From Glycera tridactyla (taxonomy: Eukaryota), in contig OZ286459.1 in the NCBI GenBank assembly GCA_965644265.1, positions 62,868,001-62,932,000 on the forward strand: DNA of 64,000 nucleotides, written 5' to 3'. Under the pieces are notes generated by a model. The model was not told the origin of the DNA. It worked only from the letters and a program-made list of their open reading frames with translations, and ran no database searches. Of the stretch, positions 1 through 12,300 are shown in pieces. Position 1 is the stretch's first letter. Each line of letters opens with the position of its first letter. The translations under genes and the position numbers were made by a program.

Positions 1-1969
1 ACTCAGTAAAACTGCCAACTTGGGAATCATCTACTTTAAATGGACTCCACCAGGTTTACCAAATGGAAACTGCATGGTAACCTGTTTGGTTATAAAGAGT
101 CCAAGCCATGGCAGCTCTATTGGTTTGGGCCATCTGTGTCTGAGAATGCAAGCACCACCAGCTCAGGGCATAGGTACCACAGGTGATTCAGGAACAATTA
201 CTTCACTGATTGACTAATCACCATGTTAATTGGTTTACAGCTAAGAACCTCACCAAGGAATCCAATATCAAGCAGTAAAGTTGTCCTGATCCTTATCAGA
301 AAGGAGTGCTAACTCCAGCAATGTGGTTGCTTTTGCCACAACCCTTGCATGGTGGATCACCTCAAACAACACATGAACAACTGCACTGGCTTCCATGGTG
401 CAGAATAGGCAGTCAAGATAGGCAGAAATCAATTCTTGGAGTTACATATGGTCATCATGCTTCTGGACAGCATTTTCCATATGCTCAAGTTCCCAGTCAT
501 GGGTCTTCTCAGCCAGAAGATATCACAGCAATCGATGCACCTAGAGCCACATGAACCAAGTGGACTGATTCACGGCAGACTGGAAGGGGATCCATATGCA
601 TATGCTTCAGCAAAGTTTCCTCATGTTCCAACTGTATCCCAGCCATGTGATTTGACATGTACACCAGATAAGTGCAGTGCCCTTTTGTCATTCCATACAT
701 AACACATGCTCCATGGTTTACACCAGTGTTGAATGTTGCAGTGTCCCACACCGCAGCAGCAAACAGGCTGTCAGTCCCTATATTCCAGGCCTCTAGAATT
801 GTGGGTGTCATGGTGGCTGTCTTCTCTTGTTGGTCTGCTCCAACAATGGTGCACCAAGGGGCTGTGGTTTGAGCTGGTTTGGCACAGACAGACACATGGC
901 CTCATAGTCATGAGCTTCTCCAACAAGGTACTTTACCACTCCTATCACAGTGGATTGTTGGGTAAACAGGACAGGGAAAGTTGAGTTTGAGTTAGTGAGC
1001 AAGTGATTTAACCTATCCTAACCTATCCAGATGGCCAGCAGACCTGGGTTTGAACCTCATGAGCTCATCTATGGCAGCCAGCACTGTCATCTGCAGTACC
1101 ACATATCTATATTGTATGCCTGCATGATGTTCTGAGCTGCAGGCCTATTAACAATGTGATTGGTATGTCAGTGAAAAGTTCATCACATAGAGGAGCTGGT
1201 AGTTCTTCAATCCCATTCAGCAAAGTTACGGTATGGTTAGCGACAGACCCCAAGAATGGCCAAATGACCCAGATTACCATTTCATGTGTAGGTGAGCTCA
1301 TGCTATCGGGCCGGGTCATGACTTTGCTGAGACGAACACCAAAGATGTCATGGACTACATTTGTTTCCCTGACAATGTTGATTGAATAGTGGTGAAAATT
1401 ATTCTCATTGGTGAAGATCGTCGATCACTGGTACCAAGTCCGATTTATATGTAGGCCAACCAAGTTAGTCAATGACAATGAAACCATGCATTTCAGCTGT
1501 TACATTTTATTCATAGACTTGATAGTATGTATCATAAACCAAATTCAATCATATTGACTTTAATATCCTGTCTGTCTTTATGTAATCACATGTATACACA
1601 ACAATATAGGTCTGAAACTTAAAATACCATATCTTACCAAATTGTTCTCATATCTTTTATCAAGAAATTAGAGGAAATAGTCCAGAATATATAGTTTACT
1701 TGATGCCTGTGCCACATTTGATCACATTATGTGAAACCTGTAATGACTACATTTGTGTCTCATGATTTTCACTTTTGTCAATATTTGCCAAAAATAGCCA
1801 AATTTGGTGAAAAATGCCATATTTCAAGTGAAGCGTTAATGAGTTTATAGATGGAATTGAGCAAAAAATATTTGGTGGGTGAATGTCTTAGACCATTTCT
1901 AACAATGATTGAGTAGAGCATCAGAATTCAGAGAAATATGTGATTTTTCTGCATATTTGGACCACCCTA
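1..1969 (-). mobile_element. Degenerate DNA transposon (hAT-like, possibly hATm group); transposase pseudogene plus one terminus, continues off the left edge
   Basis: Minus-strand frames broken by stops and shifts give, in order: QPLGAPLL, LEAWNIG...AAAVWDTATFNTGVNHGAC (~722-748), HHARVVAKA (~343-354), DIGFL...INMVISQSVK*LFLNHLWYLCPELVVLAFSD (HLWYL at 171-185). These match, from memory, the FDTTASNTG / HHARWMAK / HLWYL motifs of an invertebrate DDE transposase family. A candidate terminus TAGGGTGGTCC lies at 1969-1959. The subfamily name is recall, not a search result. Confidence 0.55.
985..1105 (-). mobile_element. Possible tRNA-derived SINE fragment inserted in the transposase fossil
   Basis: B-box-like GGTTCAAACCC at 1056-1046 on the minus strand, a weak A-box-like GTGGTA upstream, and a short tandem tail (GGATAGGTTA x2). 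It sits between two transposase-like segments. Confidence 0.3.
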
Positions 1970-1970
1970 A

Positions 1971-2030
1971 CATACACACACACATACACATACACAAACA
2001 AAGATATATATATATATATTCACACACAAA
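1971..2030. repeat. (CA)n/(TA)n microsatellite
   Basis: Direct reading. Confidence 0.85.
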
Positions 2031-2752
2031 TCCCAAAAACTCACCCTCAGAAACATTCAGCCTCACTAACTGCAACTGTAGTGATCATCATCATGACCTG
2101 ACCTTTCATCCCATCAGATCAGCGGCATCGGTTGAATCTGTTATAAATTATTTCCACCACACAAAATTGTGATATAACCCATTGAGCTCAAGATATAGTG
2201 AACAAACGCTAGTATAGAACCTGTCACCAATGGTGGTGGCTATAGTTAGGTCAGGAATATTCTGGTCCCCGCTGCCTTTTGAACTTGTTAGCTTTAATCA
2301 CCTACACCGCACCGTGACACACAAAACAATCTCGGCAGCAAAGCCGCTTTGCTCCTTTCTGGCTCATTGGTCATGTGGATATTGTGGTTTCCAACTTGCT
2401 GTTAGCCCAGCAGTGTTTACTTAATGCGACCTGTTGCAATACAGGACCTCTGCTGCTGCATGAACGACTTAAAATACAGTGGAACCTGCGTAGTACCACC
2501 TGTGAAGAAAGTCCACCTGGCTACGAAGACCAACTGATTACGGTGTGGTTCTCTATACTGTAAGTAACTCTGCGGAAACTGCCTCTAGAACCTCTTTTAC
2601 TGGGTTTTGAAAGTATGTATCAGCCCAGAGGATTATCCAGACTGTGTTTTCTGAATCTCTGGAAGCTGCATATTCTGACCCCTGTGGGCATCATGCTCAC
2701 AAACCCTGAACAAAAAGTTATGGGTAGCCAGAATGATTGTCAAGTGGAAGTA

Positions 2753-2930
2753 CAGTCGAACCTCCTCTAAAGGCCACCTCTCTATAAAGAATACCTCCCT
2801 ATAAAGACCAACCAGAGCTGCGAGCATGGGAGTATTTTCAACAGTAAATGACCTCCCTATAAAGACCACCTCCCTATAAAGACCACTTTTTGATGCGACC
2901 GAAGGCGGTCTTTATAGAGAGGTTCTACTC
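2753..2930 (+). mobile_element. Tc1/mariner-pogo-type MITE, copy 1
   Basis: TA-flanked on both sides (2751-52, 2931-32). Imperfect TIRs CAGTCGAACCTC.../...GAGGTTCTACTC and internal repeats of ACCTCCCTATAAAGACC. Confidence 0.75.
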
Positions 2931-4563
2931 TAGTTTCAATCACACCTCTACATGTCTGACAAGAATCTGAACGGTCCTTCTAATGGTTTATCTATATAAA
3001 TGGCTGAAAGCTGACACTCGAGCCTTATATATAACAATATTTACATTTAGATAGAAGTGCTGTATTTGAAACAAGGAAATGCATAGTTACCCAACTTACG
3101 AAATGTTAAATTCAAATCAGCTTTACAAGAATTCAAACACATTCTGAGAGTTCCATTTCCACTCAGTCAAAGTATGTGCAGACAAATTGCCCGCAGACGA
3201 TGTATCTGTGGTGAACGAGCAAGAATGCACGGAGATTGAGTAGAATAAATCATATTCCACTTGATGACCCTAACGTGTGATATCACAAGACCCTAATCAT
3301 GCGAGAAGGAGAGGACTCTCTTGTATGAGCACAGACACTATTTGACAGAGCTGCATCATTCTGTAATCAGCACCGAAAACGAGATGATATGTGGATAGCA
3401 TTGCTTTATTTGGCAATTTTCTCAATTTTCATGATGCACAGAATTATTCTGACACATCAGACTAAGTAAAGGTAAAATAAAGAACATTCCACATTGATGC
3501 CCATGGCAGCGCTCAGACGTCGGTAATTTTGAGAAGAAGAGAATTGCCGATCGAAGAATCCAGCTGCCAAGTCATCTACAAGGGATACATCAGAGACTTG
3601 TTCCAGTCAGCATTTGGCATGTGCATGCCAGCTTCAAACACGCCAGTAAAACGTCCCTCATATGTGTTGTCTGTCCTTGGAGGCAGTCCTGAACCCACCC
3701 AAGCACTTCCCAGAAAATCAAGTGAAGTTCCTGACTGCACTGGGGTCATCAAGTGAATACGCGGCCAACGTCTAATATTGGTCACATAGGATGTGTAGGT
3801 TCAAGAAAGTATTGTGGACTCACGGATCTCCAAGGACTCGAGTTGGACAGGTTTTATGTTAAGAGGAACTCTTTGGGACCGATTTGAATGAAAGAGAAAC
3901 TCCCACTATGGTTTTGCTTCGTCTATGCTGTCCATACAAATCAGATACTTTCTCCAGTTTTATAAGAGACAGCGTTTCATGTATTTTCGATGTATTGGTT
4001 GATACGTACAGGCACGGATCTGAAGTAGGCATCAAGATAATCGACCTGCATACTTAGTACATACAATGAAAAATGTCATTAAAAATCTTCACCCGAGGTC
4101 CCTTCCCAATTACATTAAGGGGGCATGTAAAAACCATGGCCTATCACTCTGAATTACCGGGCAAAATTGAGAATCAATCGTAGTCTTCTCCACGAAGCAG
4201 AGAATACCCCTCCCCAAGCCTGCCCGTCACAGAGATTACCCCTCCCCGAGACCGTCCATAAAAGAGAGTACCCAACAGTAGTAATCAGAAAATATATTTT
4301 CCTAAAGACTGTAATGCACAGTACGGGAAAATAATTGTTACCAGTCTGAATATCTGAAATAATATCGAGCGTGTCTATCATGTTCACATCATTCCACCTT
4401 CAGTCAGGACTCAACAGGAGTCTCAAGTGATCATTACATGGGCGTCTGAATATATCACAATGAGAGCTGATGTGAAGATGGTCACAACCAATACGACGAA
4501 TCGAGGACAACCAGAACAATGAAACCAGTGCTCAGCTTGTTGTCCTCAGGTGAGGTGGAGTGG

Positions 4564-4775
4564 CCGAGGTCATGGTTCACGTTTGGGCCCTCCCTCCTTC
4601 CCGAGGTCATGGTTCACTTTAGGGCCCTCCCTCCTTCCCGAGGTCATGGTTCACGTTAGGACCCTCCCCCTTCCCAAGGTCATGGTTCACGTTAGGGCCC
4701 TCCCTCCTTCCCGAGGTCATGGTCACGAGGGCCCTCCCTCCGCCGAGGTCATGGTTCACGTTAGGGCCCTCCCTC
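4564..4775. repeat. 37-bp minisatellite, about 6 copies
   Basis: Unit CCGAGGTCATGGTTCACGTTAGGGCCCTCCCTCCTTC starts at 4564, 4601, 4638, 4674, 4711 and 4743. Confidence 0.9.
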
Positions 4776-5065
4776 TCATCACAGGAAGTCGCTGCCATAT
4801 TGCGATGACTCAGAACGTTAACTGGCGACTAAGTGTCGCGCTATATCGGTTACAGGATGATCTCATGATCAGCCGTCACGCTCTAATGATTGACACTCGG
4901 ATATTTACATAGGCCTAGAATTGCACTCTTGTTGCAGTAAGCCTTGTCATACCTATTATTAGGATTATTAGGAGTACATTTATTGAAATCAAGGAAATCA
5001 GACTGAGGGCGTTTGAGATCACCCCTGTATATATATCACAATATGGACATTTCGTCGCTTATGTG

Positions 5066-5499
5066 NNNNNNNNNNNNNNNNNNNNNNNNNNNNNNNNNNN
5101 NNNNNNNNNNNNNNNNNNNNNNNNNNNNNNNNNNNNNNNNNNNNNNNNNNNNNNNNNNNNNNNNNNNNNNNNNNNNNNNNNNNNNNNNNNNNNNNNNNNT
5201 CATGCGAATGACAAGATGTACGGACAACAGNNNNNNNNNNNNNNNNNNNNNNNNNNNNNNNNNNNNNNNNNNNNNNNNNNNNNNNNNNNNNNNNNNNNNN
5301 NNNNNNNNNNNNNNNNNNNNNNNNNNNNNNNNNNNNNNNNNNNNNNNNNNNNNNNNNNNNNNNNNNNNNNNNNNNNNNNNNNNNNNNNNNNNNNNNNNNN
5401 NNNNNNNNNNNNNNNNNNNNNNNNNNNNNNNNNNNNNNNNNNNNNNNNNNNNNNNNNNNNNNNNNNNNNNNNNNNNNNNNNNNNNNNNNNNNNNNNNNN
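5066..5499. other. Two N-runs (5066-5199, 5231-5499), assembly gaps or masking
   Basis: Direct reading. Confidence 0.95.
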
Positions 5500-8400
5500 T
5501 ACCTTGTGGTCAATGATAAAATGTTTTGTGTCTTAGTTTCACATTCCCAGACTCATGTTTACCACTACATTTGTTACACTGTCTGTCCGTTTGCCTATCT
5601 GCTATCGCCTGTCAGGCTGTTTGTCAACCCAGAGATCCATTTGTATCTTTGTCTGTCTGTCCCTCCGCTCGCTTGGTCCGCCCATCCGTCCGCCCATCCT
5701 CCCGTTCATCTACCTATTATCCTCGTTCAACATTTTCCTTGTTTCGCATAGGTGGAATAGGCTCATGAGGAAACTAACCAAGGTCAACTGATCGTTTCCT
5801 GGGGAAAGTGAGCTATGGCCCCGATTGCCAACTGTGATATGGATACACTAGACGGTAATCACGAGTTATATGTGCCATCTGGCGAAATCTGTTTCGACAA
5901 AGATCATCTACGAACTGTCTCAAAAAGATATCTCAGCCCTACAGACCCTCGTCCTCTTCAACTACAGAACCAGCCATAGAAGTTGATCTCATTTAATCGG
6001 CATTGGTGTCACTGACATCACACTGACGCCATGACTAACGTGGAATGCGAGGACCTTCCGATGCCAAAAGGCTTGCGACTGCTAACAACACCGTGTGGAA
6101 GGCATTCAGTGGGTGTTCAGCGACCAAATGTACAGCACGGCGCTGGTTGGTTGGTTGTGCTACGTCTTGTGAGCAGTATCTGGGCTATATCGAGAAGTCC
6201 AGACATGGGTGGAATTATTCAAGTCTCTGGCTCCAAATTGGGAGGTGAGAACTGTTGAGATTCACAAACACTCAAGTTGTTGGTTCTGTGTGACGGATAT
6301 GAAGATTTGTTGAACCAGGCATGCTCACCTACACTCATCACCTCTACACTCTCTTTAACACCCCATGATAGAAAGATTGATTTTTTTACAATGCTTCACT
6401 TGTAATGAAGGCGTCGGCTTTATTTGGTAGAAAGTTGACATTTTCTTGGAATCATCACTCATGTTAGTCCACCCCTTGACGTTTCTGTCTCAAATGTCGC
6501 TAAGGTGACAGTAGCGACGCTGGTGATGCTGATGGTGCAGGAATGGGGGATGATAACTGAAGCAACAGTAATCATTATCCTCTGTACACCCCCATTATGC
6601 TTCGGGTATAAGCAGATCTAGCATGGAAACAGAAAACGTAATTGCCATTTATGAATTTATTTTCCTAAATAAATCTAAAACAAATTTAAACAATAACGGT
6701 CAGACCACAACATCTGGACATTGAATATATACGCTATTTGTGATGCAAAAAATTAAAGAGGTAATAAGTACTACAGATAAGGGTTTGGTGGCGAACAGCC
6801 TGTGGTTCGTAATGTTGTCCCTCAACTCGGTAAAAACTGAACCATCTTCACCTCTTCATTATGCTACGAGTTGTTTAATCTGTACCATTGTGCTTGGGAA
6901 GAACTGACAGCTACTTCCATTTGGCAACCTTTCTGGTCCTCCGTCATCTTGTGCTCAAAGTTTGTGAGAGTGATGCCCTCGGGGGACTGCTTTCAAGAAC
7001 ACACAGCAGGATAGGAGGCAGGAGATATCACAAATTTCCAATAGCGAATAACGATATGGAGGGAATTCGGAAGATAAATGGTTCTTCGTTGGTCTCCACT
7101 TCGGTCTGTAGCCGATCAACTCTCCTGGATCACAGTATTTCAGCTGCACAACTACTGGAAACATACCTAAACTTTGATATGGGCCTTGAAAGGATGCTTT
7201 CCAATGTATGCATACGGTTTGTCGAATGATGCCAAACCTGTCTACGGCTGTTACACAGAGGTGGTTTCTATAGCTGGTTCGACGGTCTAAGAATATTATG
7301 AATGTGAAGAACTCATAAGAGGGAGTTCTTAATGGTTCGTTACTTGTACAATATTGATTGACCACCAAGATTTCTGTCAAGACAGGCATCAGCACAAGCG
7401 GATAGTACAGCTACCAAGCACTTAAAGACGACTGAGCACTGACTCACGTACAGTTGACAGAGGGGTATTAGCAATTCGCCATCTGGCGTACATTACTGAC
7501 GAAGAGTGTTCAAGCACCTACCACTAGATGGCCGGAACAGGTAGCGGCAGATGAATTACGTTACGAGTCGACAATTCATGGCGTTTGTCAGTCTTACATG
7601 ACGCAAATATGAAGAATAACAATGAGTATTAAGTCCAGCAGGTCATCTTAATGTTTATCGTCATCCGATCAGGGACTTTATTCACCGATAGGTTTGTATA
7701 TCTATTGAAGTAGATTCATTATACGTTAATCATTTTGCGATTCACACATACTAAGGCTCAAGCTGAATTAGATTTATGAAGATGAACGTTTATTTTAGAG
7801 GAAAACGTTTTCGAGCCACGAACAGTCAATTTCATTGACATCTCTTGTTGGAATATGGAGATCATCGATTGAAAAAAATGGAGTTTAGAATGTGGAAGCA
7901 CCTGAGGTGGAGCTAACCGATTGCCTGCAGCCGTAAACCATCAATATCCAGATCCATGGGACCCCGCAAGTTGATACACGAATCTCAATAATTGATTCAT
8001 GTTTCTACCTTATTTTAAGATCCATAATTCAGCCAATTCTACTGTGGTGTCATCCCTAACGAGAGTACCATATTCTGACGCTTTTTCGAATTCACATTTA
8101 ACATAATGGTATCAGTTCTAAATCCTGGAACTATTCCAATTGTTCTAATTCACAGGAATATGATTGAGTCATCAAGAAAACACAGGAAAGCACCAAAGAG
8201 TAGCCACACTGATCAGTTTGGCTCCCAAGCGAATACTAAGAAATACTCTATTTGTACCAATATGGGATCTTAACTAAGGAATACATGTATATTTCATGAA
8301 CCTACTTCTCACTGTAAGAAACTCATTTTTTTCCTGAAAATTCTCATGGCTGAATTCCTATTTTGCGGCATCGTACTGCCGAAGGATATCATGCAGCCAA

Positions 8401-8540
8401 AGACTGAGTGAAATCCTGTGATTGAGTCACAGAGTTTTATATCTTCATAAATCTCATCACCGAGATATTTGAAAATGGCAGGATTGTATAAAATATGGAA
8501 CTGGTGGAGAGAGATTATTCTAATGCATGATACCCTGCCC

Positions 8541-9350
8541 TCAAGTGTTCAACAAAGGCAGACAAATCTCATCTAAGGCTTCCAGCTTCAAAAAGTTCTG
8601 CATAGATACTGGAACTGGAAGTTTTGCAATACGAGGATTTGGCCGATTGCCGACGATTGATCGGATGTGTAGTCTACAGACTTGACGCAGTGACCTGGGG
8701 TTGTCGAGAAAGTTACACACAGGTCCGTATAAGTCATGTTCTACCTCCAGAAAGTGACCATACGCATGCTCTTTCATGGTTTCCGTGACAACACAGCCAG
8801 CCTCCAACAACATCAGAGTCATGAGATGGTGACCAAACGAGGCCTCAAATATCGTCATTCCATTCCTACATCGGTGATTGATATTGGCACCAGCTTGCAA
8901 AAGTTTGAGGAAGGTGTCAACACGACCGCGGTATATGGAAGACATGAGCGGGGATAGCCCCCACTGGTTGACGGCCTCCAGGTCAGCGCCAGCGTCCACT
9001 AGCAAGTCGACCATCTCCAGGGCGTCACTATCGATGGCGTTATGTAGGGGTGTCTTGTGCTCGTCATTCTCCATACTGACTGATTCCAGCTCGCAGTTGT
9101 GGGCCAGCAATACTTCAGCAATGCGAGTGGCGTTTCTCTTGGCCGCAATGTTCAGAGCTGTCCGTCCATTCAGCATCTTGGCGTTAACGTCGGCGCCATG
9201 GGCTAGTAGAATCTCGGCGATGTGGGCGTGACCGCCGTTAGGCCCGTATGCTGCCAGGTGTAGTGGCTGGAGGCCCGACGACGTCTCCTTCTTACGACCC
9301 ATCCCGTCATAATGAAGTATGTCCACGGGTACGCCAGCCGCCAGGTATTC
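8541..9350 (-). CDS. ASB exon 5 (ankyrin repeats + SOCS box, stop)
   Basis: Acceptor ttgcag|GAATAC, phase 0; TGA at 8543-8541. Confidence 0.92.
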   Translation of the reverse strand, partial: EYLAAGVPVDILHYDGMGRKKETSSGLQPLHLAAYGPNGGHAHIAEILLAHGADVNAKMLNGRTALNIAAKRNATRIAEVLLAHNCELESVSMENDEHKTPLHNAIDSDALEMVDLLVDAGADLEAVNQWGLSPLMSSIYRGRVDTFLKLLQAGANINHRCRNGMTIFEASFGHHLMTLMLLEAGCVVTETMKEHAYGHFLEVEHDLYGPVCNFLDNPRSLRQVCRLHIRSIVGNRPNPRIAKLPVPVSMQNFLKLEALDEICLPLLNT

Positions 9351-12300
9351 CTGCAAAGGGAAGTGAGGGTATAGACATAGATCATATCATGAGATAACAG
9401 TGCTGGTGGACATGCATTTGTTGAATTGTTAAGCAGCTGAAATATTCAACAGTTGTGAGCAGAACCAGATACCAATCTGACGTCTGGCCAACGTCATGAA
9501 AGCGTCAGCATCGTTGGCAGCCATGCGGCCGACATTGGGCCGACGTAATACCGATGTCGGCAACATGACATCGATTTTACAACGTCGGTGAGACATAGGT
9601 GTGACGTCAGGTTTCCAAACAATGAATGCCTTTTATATATGACCGATGTACGATGTCTAGCTAATGTTGGATTGACGTTGGTATTTCGACATCAGTTTGC
9701 CGACATCTAGCTGACGTTGGTAGAATGTTGTATTGCCAACCAATCATTCCACAGCTTGTTAATCAGATTCTGACTTTGGTCTGATGTCGATCCAAAGTCG
9801 TAAGATTGCCACCTGGGGACTTGCTACCTGGATGGATGAAGTTTGACAAGATTGTCGGTTGTTTCAAAACTGTACCTGCGCCCTGGCAAAGATCTGTAGA
9901 ATATGTGTAGGTACCATTGGACCAGCTTTGTGTGGAATGGCTGTTCAGCACAATGTAATCCACTTAGTCCAGATGTGAATTTGTTATTAGTCATAAGCAC
10001 TGATCTCAAATGCAGGATGCTGAATCCATGCATATAATCCATGTGGTGGGCTGAACAATTTTCTCGGATTAGAGAAATCTCGGGTCCGAAGTGGCATGTA
10101 AAGAAATTGTGAGTTTGGGTGAGCTTGTTAAGGATATCAGACTATGAATTACTACATTTTTTTTCTCACAAAACACCAACTATGTTAATCTCGAAAATCT
10201 TGAAAATCACGAAGTACACAAGATACAACTATTCATTACAAATCCCGACCTTGACATCTGCTCACATACTAATTGTTTATATATTGAACAGAGATGGAGT
10301 TTACCTACTTCACATCTTTCCTACTCTTGTCGCAGAACTCCATTGCGAAATGAGGCAAAATTTTTCAATCATACGTTTCTATTGCATTTGCTATGGTATA
10401 TACATACGAGTAGGATAGCTTGGTTGCCCGTTGATGCTGCGATATGTAGACCAGTATCTCCTCCATTGCTTCTGGCCATTACGTCACTTCCGGCAGTGAT
10501 CAGCCTCTTGACGAGACCCAACCATCCTCTGTGAGTCGCCTCCAGTAATGCCGTGTATCCTAGCATGAATGATGAAAGAACAATGATAAGCTCTTGAACC
10601 AGTAATGCTGTGTATCCTAGCATGAATGATGAAAGAACAATGATAAGCTCTTGAACCAGTAATGCTGTGTATCCTAGCATGAATGATGAAAGAACAATGA
10701 TAAGCTCTTGAACCAGTAATGCTGTGTATCCTAGCATGAATGATGAAAGAACAATGATAAGCTCTTGACCCAGTAATGCTGTGTATCCTAGCATGAATGA
10801 TGAAAGAACAATGATAAGCTCTTGAACCAGTAATGCTGTGTATCCTAGCATGAATGATGAAAGAACAATGATAATCTCTCGAACAAAGTTCAGTTCGGGG
10901 ATTTCAAGGTATCAATCAATCTAAACTACAAGAGACAATACACTGTTTTCCTCCTCCTCCTCCTCCTCTTCCTCCTCCTCCTCCTCCTCCTCCTCCTCCT
11001 CCTCCTCCTCCCCTTTTGTCCTTTACGTTCTTCTCCTTCAACCCCCCTTCTTATATTCTTTGTCGTCATCGTTGTCGTCATCGTCATCATCGTCGCCGTC
11101 GTCATCGTCGATGTCGTCGTCATCGTCGGTGTCGTCGTTGTCGTCGTTGTCATCGTTCACAATAGAACAATGACACCATTTTCCCGCAGGATGAAACTTG
11201 ACCGGTATCCTTTATCTTGTATATTTCATCAACTACATACTGGCTGGTGAACAATTAATAAATATTATCATATTTTCGCCTGAATACAGATGATGGGTGA
11301 AGGTTGCTCGAGAGAGGCTTCCTCTGCTTACCATTGACATATTTCATCTCCAGTTTAGCGCCAGCAGCCAGAAGAAGGTCGACTATGAGCTCGTTGTTGT
11401 GTCGTGTCGCCAGGAATAACGGGAAGACGCCCACGCGACCCCCGAAGTTAACGTCGGCCCCCATCTCTATCAGGGCTTCCACCATATCAGCATGGCCCAA
11501 CTGTACGGCCTTCACTGAATGCCAACAAACATACACAAGTCATTTGAAAATACATATATGACGCGAGTTGAGTGATACTCGTGAGTCGAGCAACACAAAG
11601 TTGTTGCGTTGGCAGAGCTTCATATTTTCTGACAGGTCAGTGCGCCCATTGAGGGCCATGAGTTAAGAAACCATGAGCCACACCTGAGATTGAAGGTCCA
11701 TCTATCTATGAATGGTTAGTAGTAATAACAAAGTTGGGTCAGTGGACCCATAATAGTTGATATCAATGGGCTGAAAAGGCAAAAATGGGGGCCCAGTGCC
11801 CGGCCCACTAACAATCTGAAGCTCTGCGTTTGGCATTATCTGATTCCTTAATCAGTCGACCAATCAATCAGTCAATCAAGTGGATGAAATTTTGATCGAT
11901 TATTCTGATAATTATTCTGATGATTCTTCGCCATGATAAGGAATAATGATTTGACCATTCTTTTACTCTATTTATTCATTGATTATTCGATTAACCAAAC
12001 AATATACAAGCATATATCCATTTATTCATTGATTCATACATTTGTCTATCTGTTCTCTCTAATATGTTTTTCAGCTAATGTATGAGACTGAGTGAAAAAT
12101 TTATAAGGTAAACACAGGCGTGTTGCATCTGTAAACAGAAAGCGCTCAGTTTTAGCACAAAATCGCGAAGGTATCCAAGTGTCTCATTCAGTCGTCCATT
12201 ATCTTGGGAGACAATTTCCAGTGTATATGGTGAAGCAATTCACTGATACTTGTGGATATTTGAGCATTAGTGCTTTAGAAAAATCTCTTGGAGAAGTTAC

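Noticed and set aside
3450-4400. Coding-looking minus-strand stretch (e.g. WRKYLICMDSIDE, DGQAWGG)
   Set aside because: Multiple stops and no motif series I can assign; may be an old transposon or pseudogene but unsupported.
5820-7400. Possible LINE or transposase remnants and the 113-146 aa ORFs
   Set aside because: No diagnostic RT, endonuclease or DDE motif recognised.
10369-10851. 160-aa ORF read as an independent multi-pass membrane protein
   Set aside because: It is the tandem splice-acceptor array running into ASB exon 4, not a separate gene.
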